The translations under genes and the position numbers were made by a program. Below are positions 16,881 through 24,357 of a stretch of 38,986 nt of DNA, piece by piece. The DNA is from an uncultured Candidatus Saccharibacteria bacterium. Lineage in GTDB: Bacteria > Patescibacteriota > Minisyncoccia > Phycocordibacterales > Phycocordibacteraceae. The notes under the pieces are model-generated. The model worked only from the letters and a program-made list of their open reading frames with translations, was not told the DNA's origin and ran no database searches. The stretch is from the NCBI GenBank assembly GCA_964357285.1, contig CAYHKM010000002.1, positions 1 through 38,986 on the forward strand. Reading direction: 5' to 3'. The number at the start of each line of letters is the position of its first letter. Position 1 is the first letter of the stretch.

Positions 16881-16984
16881 GTGCGCCCGGTGGGCGCACC
16901 CTATCCAGAAAAACACCATGATCGCCGCCCGCGAAATGCCCCGAGGCCAGGCCATCGGGGATAGACGGGCGGCGTGGTTTACTG
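16881..16984 (-). repeat. Conserved hairpin element, copy B, followed by a second GC hairpin and TTCTTTC
   Basis: Stems ACGCCGCCCG/CGGGCGGCG and CCCCGA/TCGGGG, with the same internal loops and GGATAG tail as copy A. The downstream hairpin GTGCGCCC-ACCG-GGCGCAC lies immediately before the 16873 ATG. Confidence 0.6.
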
Positions 16985-18307
16985 CGAAGTATTCAAGGCT
17001 GCGCGGGTTTTCGGGCCCACGATACCCGCTGGCTCTATCCCGTTCGCGGTCTGGAACGCGACGACCGCCGCTTCCGTCAGGGGTCCGAAGTATCCCGTGG
17101 GTTCGTACGCGAAGTGCCCTCGTGCGGCGAGGACGAGCTGGAGTTCTCGCACCTCGTCGCTGCGCATCCCTTCTTCGAGATTATTTTGGAACACGAAGGC
17201 GAGCGTCGTGCCGCTCTCTGTCTCAGGCGCGGCTTTTACTGCATCAAGCGCCGCGCGGGTCTTTGGGCCCACGACCCCGATGGGGTCGATGCCGTTCGCT
17301 TTCTGGAACGCGATGACCGCTGCTTCCGTCAGGGGTCCGAAATATCCTGTTGGTTTAACCGCGAGAAATCCGAGTTCCTTTAGTTTCGCTTGGACGATGC
17401 GCACCGTCTCCCCTGAGGTGCCGAGCGAAAGGCCGGACGATGAGGATGTCGGCGAAACGGGAACCGGAATCGGAAGCTTCATCGCTTCCGATACTTTTTT
17501 TCTCGTTTCCGCGTCCGCGATACCGGTCGGGAGAAGTTTCTTCGAAACCTGGAAACGTCGGACGGCCTCGCGAGTCTCAGCGGTATAGACCTCGGTCACG
17601 TTGCCGGTCAGGAATCCGAGGGTTTTGAGCTCCTGATTCAAACCGAGAACGTCGCGGTCATACATGCCTTCCTGGAGCTGGCGCCTGATGATGAAGGCTT
17701 CTTCTTCCTCGATGGAGCCTTCGGTTCCCGAGATTCGGGGCACGGCGAACGCTCCCATGCCCGTGCCGCCCGCCGCCGCATACAGCGAGTCGTACGGATT
17801 TATGAGCCCGTCTGGCCCGCGTATCTCGAAGTGAAGGTGTGCGACCGTGGACTCCGCGTTCCCCGAATCACCCACCCAGCCGATGACTTGCCCGCGGGAT
17901 ACCCGGGAGCCGCGCGTGAGTCCCGGCGCGTACGCATGCTGCTCGCCACCCGCGCCGTCGTCGGTTCCGGGCGTGTCGTTGTTCATGTGAAGGTAGCGGT
18001 ATGAATAATTGTCCGCATCGCGAATAGTAATGGAGTAGCCCCACGACGCCTCCGGGGCTGCGATGAAGGTGATGACTCCATCCACGGTCGCGACAACCGG
18101 GGTCATCTTCCCTGCGATGATGTCTATCCCTTGATGCGCGCGGGTGCCGTCTCCGCGTGGCTCTCCGTAGTCGTCGCGGAATCTGAACTCGCCCCCGACG
18201 GGGAAGACGATGGAGCGGGTTTCGGCAAACGCCATTGAAGCCGGAAAGATAGAAAAAAATATCAGAGCGAAAGCTCCCGCGAAAAGCGATGCAGTCCGAT
18301 ACTCCAT
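16979..18307 (-). CDS. M23 family metallopeptidase with three peptidoglycan-binding repeats
   Basis: HQGIDI and HLHFEI motifs. Three PG_binding_1-like repeats (for example GYFGPLTEAAVIAFQKANGIDPIGVVGPKTRAAL). N-terminal signal peptide. Confidence 0.9.
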   Translation of the reverse strand: MEYRTASLFAGAFALIFFSIFPASMAFAETRSIVFPVGGEFRFRDDYGEPRGDGTRAHQGIDIIAGKMTPVVATVDGVITFIAAPEASWGYSITIRDADNYSYRYLHMNNDTPGTDDGAGGEQHAYAPGLTRGSRVSRGQVIGWVGDSGNAESTVAHLHFEIRGPDGLINPYDSLYAAAGGTGMGAFAVPRISGTEGSIEEEEAFIIRRQLQEGMYDRDVLGLNQELKTLGFLTGNVTEVYTAETREAVRRFQVSKKLLPTGIADAETRKKVSEAMKLPIPVPVSPTSSSSGLSLGTSGETVRIVQAKLKELGFLAVKPTGYFGPLTEAAVIAFQKANGIDPIGVVGPKTRAALDAVKAAPETESGTTLAFVFQNNLEEGMRSDEVRELQLVLAARGHFAYEPTGYFGPLTEAAVVAFQTANGIEPAGIVGPKTRAALNTSQ

Positions 18308-18377
18308 GAGTATAAGTATAGACGTTCTGGGTCGGTGGATGTGACCCTTTCATGAAGGTTCATGTAGGCCATATATC

Positions 18378-18412
18378 AAAAAACCCCCGCCCCGGCATTC
18401 CGGAACGGTGGC
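18378..18412 (-). terminator. Intrinsic terminator-like hairpin plus T6
   Basis: Minus strand reads CCACCGTTCCGGAATGCCGGGGCGGGGGTTTTTT. Confidence 0.4.
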
Positions 18413-18425
18413 TTAATGGTGGACA

Positions 18426-18533
18426 CTACTGAACCGGAGTTGCCGGTGTCGCAGGCGCTGCCGGTGCCGCTGTCGGCATCGCGGGCTTCGCGAGGTCGGC
18501 CGGGGCAGCTGCAGGAGATTTGACTTCATCCAT
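18426..18533 (-). CDS. Possible 35-aa Ala/Pro-rich small ORF
   Basis: MDEVKSPAAAPADLAKPAMPTAAPAAPATPATPVQ. GGAAG lies 3 nt upstream and a terminator follows. Coding status is uncertain. Confidence 0.25.
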   Translation of the reverse strand: MDEVKSPAAAPADLAKPAMPTAAPAAPATPATPVQ

Positions 18534-18626
18534 ATGCTTCCATTCCGTTACTCTTTCGTAATCGCGACCTTTCGGTAACACAGTAGCACTAAAGGGGTAC
18601 GGGACCTATTTGATGAAAAACGATCT

Positions 18627-18860
18627 TTAGTAGAAAAACCAACTTATCTTCCGGAGCGCTTCCTTGAAGGTTGCTTCAACGATGGATTGTGATTTGTCTT
18701 CCACTTGGACGTAGTACGAACTCAAAAGGTTGAAAACATAATCGCCTATCATGAGTGGCGCGCCGTAGACCGGGTTCACGCCGTCCGCCTTGATGTAACC
18801 GAGCCGGGTCAAATAGGAGGTTGCCGCGAGAGTTGCGTTCAAGACGGGATTTAGTTTCAT
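18627..18860 (-). CDS. Hypothetical 77-aa protein sharing its 5' module with gene 13371-13694
   Basis: MKLNPVLNATLAA is near-identical to MKLNPFLNATLAA. A TATAGT box sits 6 nt upstream of the ATG. Confidence 0.5.
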   Translation of the reverse strand: MKLNPVLNATLAATSYLTRLGYIKADGVNPVYGAPLMIGDYVFNLLSSYYVQVEDKSQSIVEATFKEALRKISWFFY

Positions 18861-18937
18861 AGGAACACTATACTCTCTGATGGTCTCTTAGGTCTCGGTT
18901 GGTGGTTTTGCTGGCTGCTTGGGTCGACGCTGGAACA

Positions 18938-19447
18938 CTACTTCTCTATTGAAGTTATTTGGGCTGGTAGTTCTTGTAAGAGGCGATGAATGTGCCTTTC
19001 TAGGTAGATGATTTTTTCACCGAAGTTTATAGCAATGTCATCTTCATAATGACATCCCAATACAGTGCTTCCAATTTTAATTGCGCTTGGAGAGTATCCT
19101 TTAATAACATTATAAATAAGTGTATTAGTACCAATTTTATTTCTATCACTGTCTGAATGACACGCCGCATTTCTCATGTTGTTTATGAGATCAGAAATAT
19201 CTCCGTTTTTCACATCATCAGTAAAAATAATCCGTTTTCCCGCTTTATCTAAAGACTTCAGTATGTAATCTAGTCTTATGAGAATTTCAATCAATGCAGA
19301 AAGGCCAAGAACTTGATTCGTGCCGAGAATGCCAGTATTAAAAATTTTCTTACATCTCTCTAGTTCAAAACTTAGCGGAGGGTTCATAAAGAATTCACTG
19401 GCCTCTTGGGTCGATGTTGGGACTTTTCTACAAAATACCTTGCCCAA
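18938..19447 (-). CDS. HEPN-like protein with R-x4-H motif (putative RNase toxin/effector)
   Basis: Helical protein with DISDLINNMRNAACHSDSD (R92-N-A-A-C-H97, nt 19157-19174), resembling the RNxxxH signature of HEPN/Abi_2-type domains. The first codon is TTG. The first ATG is at 19387 (149 aa). Confidence 0.6.
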   Translation of the reverse strand: MGKVFCRKVPTSTQEASEFFMNPPLSFELERCKKIFNTGILGTNQVLGLSALIEILIRLDYILKSLDKAGKRIIFTDDVKNGDISDLINNMRNAACHSDSDRNKIGTNTLIYNVIKGYSPSAIKIGSTVLGCHYEDDIAINFGEKIIYLERHIHRLLQELPAQITSIEK

Positions 19448-19943
19448 ATAAAAACACTAAAAAGGCTACAGTGAGAGTACCCGCTGCAAGAACATTAGCC
19501 CACATTGAAATACTGGTATTTCTCTCTTGGATTTTGAGAGATTCTTTCTGGGATGATAATCCATCCAAAGCAGCTTTCTCAGAGAGAGTAATGTAATGAT
19601 TGCATTTAGTGCAACGAAATAAAGAGTGCCCTGGCATTGTGCTTATAGTCTTATCGGCATCAACATGTAAAACCCATTTGTGACTACATGTTTCGAAATA
19701 ACTTTTCTGCTCTTCAAATTTGTGGTTCCCCGCTTCTTTAATTCTTAGACCAGAGGAGTCTGATAATGGTCTATCGTCGTAAGGAGTAAGATATCCGGAG
19801 TCAATCATAGTTCGTACTTCACGAGCAATTTCTGCTTCATCTCGCTTGTTTTCTCTAGCAATCTCCTTGCGTATCGTTCTGAAGTTGTTCTGAGGATTTG
19901 CTTTCACGAATGAGTATACTTCTCTCTGAAGTTGTTCATTCAT
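19428..19943 (-). CDS. wHTH-like / Cys-His zinc-ribbon-like / C-terminal tail-anchored membrane protein
   Basis: N-terminal FRTIRKEIARENKRDEAEIAREVRTMIDSGYL. CSHKW...HSLFRCTKCNH cluster. C-terminal TM WANVLAAGTLTVAFLVFLFGQGIL. No family recognised. Confidence 0.6.
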   Translation of the reverse strand: MNEQLQREVYSFVKANPQNNFRTIRKEIARENKRDEAEIAREVRTMIDSGYLTPYDDRPLSDSSGLRIKEAGNHKFEEQKSYFETCSHKWVLHVDADKTISTMPGHSLFRCTKCNHYITLSEKAALDGLSSQKESLKIQERNTSISMWANVLAAGTLTVAFLVFLFGQGIL

Positions 19944-19966
19944 ATCATTTGAAAATAATTGGTAAT

Positions 19967-20179
19967 CTATGGTGCATAAAACTCGTTCTCCTCTCTTTGT
20001 TCATATATGTATTGTTCAATTTCTTCGCCAGTTAAATTATTCCTCCAATTTTCATACTCTTCTTTTGTTGGATACTTATAGAAAAATGGAAGAATGAAAG
20101 GAAGAATAAAAAAGATAAAAATAACAATGATAAAAACCCAATTTTCTTTTAGCCAATTTTTTATAGATCTCTCTTGCAT
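19967..20179 (-). CDS. Small single-TM protein with acidic tail
   Basis: 70 aa. TM WVFIIVIFIFFILPFILPFF followed by an E/Y-rich tail. First gene of the AT-rich cassette. Confidence 0.5.
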   Translation of the reverse strand: MQERSIKNWLKENWVFIIVIFIFFILPFILPFFYKYPTKEEYENWRNNLTGEEIEQYIYEQREENEFYAP

Positions 20180-20236
20180 ACTATAGTTAGCGAGTTGTCG
20201 CGCTTAACTCACCTCCGGTCTCGTCGTGCCGTCCCC

Positions 20237-20497
20237 TTACTCACCTCTAGGGTGACCAAATTGTATCAAGTTGAGTTTCTTCTGTCGCGTCCAGCGTTTA
20301 ATCTCTGCTTCACGGCGACGGGCTTCACTGAGGGTCGAAAATTTTTCTGAATATTTCAACAACACAGGCCGGCGGATTTTGGTGTAGTGTGCACCCGACT
20401 TTGAGTTATTGTGTTGTGCTAGGCGCTTTCCAAGGTTATTAGTAGAGCCAACGTAAAGCGAGGTGTCGGCGCATTCGAGGAGATAAACGAAATACAT
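20237..20497 (-). CDS. GIY-YIG nuclease superfamily protein (UPF0213/YhbQ-like)
   Basis: MYFVYLLECADTSLYVGSTNNLGKRLAQH...EIKRW. 86 aa. Confidence 0.85.
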   Translation of the reverse strand: MYFVYLLECADTSLYVGSTNNLGKRLAQHNNSKSGAHYTKIRRPVLLKYSEKFSTLSEARRREAEIKRWTRQKKLNLIQFGHPRGE

Positions 20498-20568
20498 AGG
20501 GGAGTTCCTTCGCTACGCTCAGGACGATTGAAAATCTAAAGCGCGGAGTGCTAAGATTTTCAAATCGG

Positions 20569-20639
20569 CTGCGGGTCAGGGACTCGAACCCCAATACCTT
20601 GCTACAGAGGCAAGTGTCCTACCATTAGACGAACCCGCA
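20569..20639 (-). tRNA. tRNA-Gln (anticodon CUG)
   Basis: Hand-folded cloverleaf: acceptor TGCGGGT/ACCCGCA (U1-A72), discriminator G, D arm GTCT/AGAC-type, anticodon stem CTTGC/GCAAG with loop CTCTGTA, T loop TTCGAGT. Position 37 is U, which is unusual. CCA is not encoded. Confidence 0.75.
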
Positions 20640-20674
20640 ATAGCCCTCATTAAATACCACAGTTCTGCCGTATT

Positions 20675-20941
20675 TTGAAGTTTTTGGGTGCTATCATTCT
20701 TCATGTGAAAGACGTTCTTATCGTCATCGCGGGCCTCGTCCTCATAGCGCTCGTATTTTCGGGCTGGGCCATGTTTCAGTCGTGGAAGCAGAGTGCCGGC
20801 ATCCCTCCGGTCGGGAACGAGCCGGTTTTATGCACTATGGATGCGAAACTCTGCCCTGACGGCTCCTACGTCGGCCGCGTCGGCCCTCGGTGCGAATTCG
20901 CTCCGTGCCCTACCGGCTCCGATAACTTTGAATCGCAGTAA
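20675..20941 (+). CDS. Small membrane-anchored Cys-rich protein
   Basis: TM LIVIAGLVLIALVF, then CTMDAKLCPDGSYVGRVGPRCEFAPC. The likely true start is the GTG at 20705. Confidence 0.5.
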   Translation: MKFLGAIILHVKDVLIVIAGLVLIALVFSGWAMFQSWKQSAGIPPVGNEPVLCTMDAKLCPDGSYVGRVGPRCEFAPCPTGSDNFESQ

Positions 20942-20945
20942 CGTC

Positions 20946-21320
20946 ATGAAAAAACTCCTTTGGGTCGTGGTCGCGCTCATCCTCATCGTCGGTGCCGTCT
21001 TTGCGTGGCGGCTGTTGAATTCGTCGTCCGAATCTCTGCCCGGCTCACCCGTCGCGGACGCCGTCACGGAATACCGTTGCTCGGCGGGGAAGTCCATCAC
21101 CGCCTCGTTCCTCTCCTCCGGCATGAAGCTCGAGCTCTCTGATGGCCGTGAGTTCATGCTCGCGCCCGCCCCGGCCGCCTCTGGCGCGCGCTACGCCGAC
21201 GGCACCGGCTCGGTCGTCTTCTGGGCGAAGCAGTACAGCGCGTTCCTCGAGGAATCCGGCTCGACGACCTTCGAGGGGTGTCTTGTCCACCCGCTCCCGT
21301 TCGCCTCCGATGCGCGATAG
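20946..21320 (+). CDS. MliC-like (membrane-bound lysozyme inhibitor fold) lipoprotein or anchored protein
   Basis: Signal-anchor MKKLLWVVVALILIVGAV. YRCSAGKSITASF...LSDGREFMLAPAPAASGARYADG...WAKQ matches the MliC pattern. Confidence 0.65.
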   Translation: MKKLLWVVVALILIVGAVFAWRLLNSSSESLPGSPVADAVTEYRCSAGKSITASFLSSGMKLELSDGREFMLAPAPAASGARYADGTGSVVFWAKQYSAFLEESGSTTFEGCLVHPLPFASDAR

Positions 21321-21374
21321 GGGCGCCTCGTAATGCTCCTTTGAAGAGCGCCGTTTTTGGAATAAAATGAAGGC

Positions 21375-24353
21375 ATGTCGGTTCGCCTCGATGTCTACTC
21401 CACCGTTCATGATTCCCGAGGCGACGTAACGAAAAAAGAATTCGGGCATCTCGTTCCCCCGAGGCGCATCGCCGAGGTTGCAGTCGTCGACTCCTACCTC
21501 ATCGACGCACCCATGACGAAAAAGGAGCTTGCCCTCGCGGGTTCGCTCCTCGCGAATCCTGAGATAGAAGCGTTCACGGTCGGGCGGCACATTCCGCCCA
21601 CGTTCGCCTTCGCGATAGAGGTAGGGTACCTGCCGGGCGTTACCGACAACGCCGGCGCTACCGCGCGCGAAACCATAGAGGATGGATTGAAGCGGAAGTT
21701 CAAGCCCGGGCAGGGCGTCTACTCCTCGCGCGTCTTCTACATAACCGGGGCACTCTCGCGCGAGGAGGCGGACGGTATCGCCGCTGGCATCGACAATCCT
21801 CTGATACAGCGCGTGGCAGTGATGTCGGCGCGCGCCGTGAAGGCGGCGCGCACGCGTGCACCCGCGGTTCCGAAAGTGAAGATCGAGGCGTCCTCGAGCG
21901 TCCTCACCGTGAACCTCGAGATCCCGGACGCGGAGCTTGAAGCTCTGGGGAAGCTCGGCATCAAAGGGAAGGACGACGTGCGCCGCGGCCCCTTAGCGCT
22001 CAATCTCGATTTCATGAAAGCGATCCGCGCACATTTCCATACGCTCAGACGAAAACCCACCGACGTCGAGCTCGAAGCGCTCGCGCAAACGTGGTCCGAG
22101 CACTGCAAGCACATCATCTTCGGGAATCCCCTCGACGACATCCCGGAAGGCATCTTCAAAACCTATATCCGTGGCGCGACGGAGAAAATCCGCGCAAAGC
22201 TTGGGAAAAACGATTTCTGTCTCTCGGTTTTCAAGGATAACGCCGGCGCCATCGTCTTCGACGATGAGTACGCGGTCTCGCATAAGGTCGAGACGCACAA
22301 CACGCCGTCGGCCCTCGACCCATTCGGCGGCGCGGTGACCGGCATCGTGGGCGTGAACCGCGACACCCTCGGCTTTGGCCTCGGCGCGAAGCCGGTCGCG
22401 AACGTCTACGGCTTCTGCTTCGCACCGCCCGAGGACGGAACGCGGCTCTATCGGGATGCGGCACGCGCGCAGGAGATGTTCTCGGCGAAACGCATCGCCG
22501 AGGGCGTCATCAAAGGCATCAATGCAGGGGGGAACCAAAGCGGCATCCCCACACCCCTTGGGTTCATGCTTTTCGACCGCTCCTATCGCGGAAAGCCCTT
22601 GGTCTTTGCAGGAACCGTCGGGCTTATTCCCCGGAAACGCGGCGGCCGGAAGCTCTATGAAAAACGCGCCCGCCCCGGCGACTACATCGTCATGCTTGGC
22701 GGCCGTGTGGGCTTGGATGGCATCCACGGCGCGACATTCTCATCCGAATCGCTCGCGTCAAGCAGTCCCGCGACAGCGGTCCAGATAGGAGACCCCATCA
22801 CGCAGAAGAAATTCTCGGACGCAATAGTGAAAGAAGCACGCGACATGGGACTTTACGATTCCATCACCGATAACGGTGCGGGCGGTCTCTCGTCATCGGT
22901 TCCTGAGATGGCCTCCGCCATGGCCATTAATGGAAAAGACGGAGGGTGCCGGGTTGAGCTCTCCAAAGTGCCTCTGAAGTATCCGGGCCTCGAGCCGTGG
23001 CAGATATGGATATCGGAGTCGCAGGAGCGGATGACGCTTGCGGTGCCGAAGCCAAAGTGGAAGAGATTCGAGGAGCTCATGAGGCGCCGCGGGGTCGAAG
23101 CGACGGCCATCGGTGAGTTCACTGATAGCGGCAAGTGCGTCGTCACACACCAAGGGAAGAAAGTCCTCGATCTCGATCTCACATTCCTCCACGACGGTTT
23201 CCCAAAGCGGCAGATGCGCTCCCGCGCCCCGGTCCGTTTCGCCGAGGGAGTCGTCGTCGAGCCGCCGAAGAAGCTTTCGGCAACGTTCGTGAGGCTCTTG
23301 AAGCTCCACAACCTTTCCTCGAACGAGTTCCTCTCGCGGCAGTTTGACCACGAGGTCCAGGGAGGCTCGGTCCTGAAGCCCATCCAAGGTGCCGGCCGAG
23401 TGTCATCGGACGCGGCCGTGTTCCGTCCGGTCCTTTCTTCGGAGCGCGGGGTCGTCCTTTCCTACGGCGTCACCCCCCACTACACGCCTCTCGACCCCTA
23501 CCGCATGGCGGCGTCCGCTCTCGACACTGCAGTGCGCGCCGCAGTTGCGGCGGGGGCGCCGCTCTCGCGACTCGCGCTTCTCGACAACTTCTGCTGGGCG
23601 AGCTCGAACGACCCCGCGCGCCTGTGGGAGCTGAAGGAAGCGGCGAGAGCATGTTTTGACTACGCAACCCTCTACGGAACCCCGTTCATTTCCGGGAAGG
23701 ACAGCATGTTCAATGATTTCAAGGGATTCAGCGAGGATGGGACGGCCGTGAAAATCTCGGTTCTCCCGACCCTCCTCATCTCCGCCTTCGGCGTCATGTC
23801 GGACGCGCGGAAAGCAGTCTCTATGGACGCAAAGATGCCCGGGGACCTCCTCTACGTCCTGGGGGAGACCGCGAACGAGCTCGGCGGTTCCGAATACTAC
23901 CGGATGCTGGGAGAAGCGGGGGGCGCCGCGCCCGCGGTCGATGGTGAGAAGAATCTCGCGCTCTACCGAGCGCTCGAAAAAGCGATAGCGGGCGGACTCG
24001 TCGCCTCGACGACTTCGCTCACGCGCGGGGGCCTCGCGTTCGCGCTCTCAAGAACCGCGCTCGCGGGCGAGCTCGGCCTCTCGATAGACCTTGCGAAGCT
24101 GCCTGCGTTCGGCGGTACTGCGCTTCGGCCGGACACCGCGCTTTTTTCGGAGAGTCAGGGACGGATTCTCGTGACGGTCGCGCCGAAGAGCCGCTCCGCG
24201 TTCGAAAAGCTTTTCGCACGCGTTCCGCATGCGCGCGTGGGCGAGGTAACGAAGGACCGGGCGCTCGTTATCCGTGATGGCGGGAAACCGGTCGTGAAGG
24301 CGACCGTGACAGAGCTCGCGCGCGCGTACCGCTCGCGCTTCAAGGATTGGTGA
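21375..24353 (+). CDS. purL: Phosphoribosylformylglycinamidine synthase, large synthetase subunit with N-terminal PurS-like extension
   Basis: VETHNTPSALDPFGGAVTG, PurM-like repeats, 992 aa. The N-terminal region of about 200 aa resembles fused PurS modules. Confidence 0.92.
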   Translation: MSVRLDVYSTVHDSRGDVTKKEFGHLVPPRRIAEVAVVDSYLIDAPMTKKELALAGSLLANPEIEAFTVGRHIPPTFAFAIEVGYLPGVTDNAGATARETIEDGLKRKFKPGQGVYSSRVFYITGALSREEADGIAAGIDNPLIQRVAVMSARAVKAARTRAPAVPKVKIEASSSVLTVNLEIPDAELEALGKLGIKGKDDVRRGPLALNLDFMKAIRAHFHTLRRKPTDVELEALAQTWSEHCKHIIFGNPLDDIPEGIFKTYIRGATEKIRAKLGKNDFCLSVFKDNAGAIVFDDEYAVSHKVETHNTPSALDPFGGAVTGIVGVNRDTLGFGLGAKPVANVYGFCFAPPEDGTRLYRDAARAQEMFSAKRIAEGVIKGINAGGNQSGIPTPLGFMLFDRSYRGKPLVFAGTVGLIPRKRGGRKLYEKRARPGDYIVMLGGRVGLDGIHGATFSSESLASSSPATAVQIGDPITQKKFSDAIVKEARDMGLYDSITDNGAGGLSSSVPEMASAMAINGKDGGCRVELSKVPLKYPGLEPWQIWISESQERMTLAVPKPKWKRFEELMRRRGVEATAIGEFTDSGKCVVTHQGKKVLDLDLTFLHDGFPKRQMRSRAPVRFAEGVVVEPPKKLSATFVRLLKLHNLSSNEFLSRQFDHEVQGGSVLKPIQGAGRVSSDAAVFRPVLSSERGVVLSYGVTPHYTPLDPYRMAASALDTAVRAAVAAGAPLSRLALLDNFCWASSNDPARLWELKEAARACFDYATLYGTPFISGKDSMFNDFKGFSEDGTAVKISVLPTLLISAFGVMSDARKAVSMDAKMPGDLLYVLGETANELGGSEYYRMLGEAGGAAPAVDGEKNLALYRALEKAIAGGLVASTTSLTRGGLAFALSRTALAGELGLSIDLAKLPAFGGTALRPDTALFSESQGRILVTVAPKSRSAFEKLFARVPHARVGEVTKDRALVIRDGGKPVVKATVTELARAYRSRFKDW

Positions 24354-24357
24354 CCTG

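Noticed and set aside
18600-20640. A classical integrative element, prophage remnant or IS as the explanation for the low-GC island.
   Set aside because: There is no integrase, recombinase, transposase, terminal inverted repeat or phage structural gene. Only a weak tRNA-like repeat was found, so the mobile-element call is left as a hypothesis in the findings.
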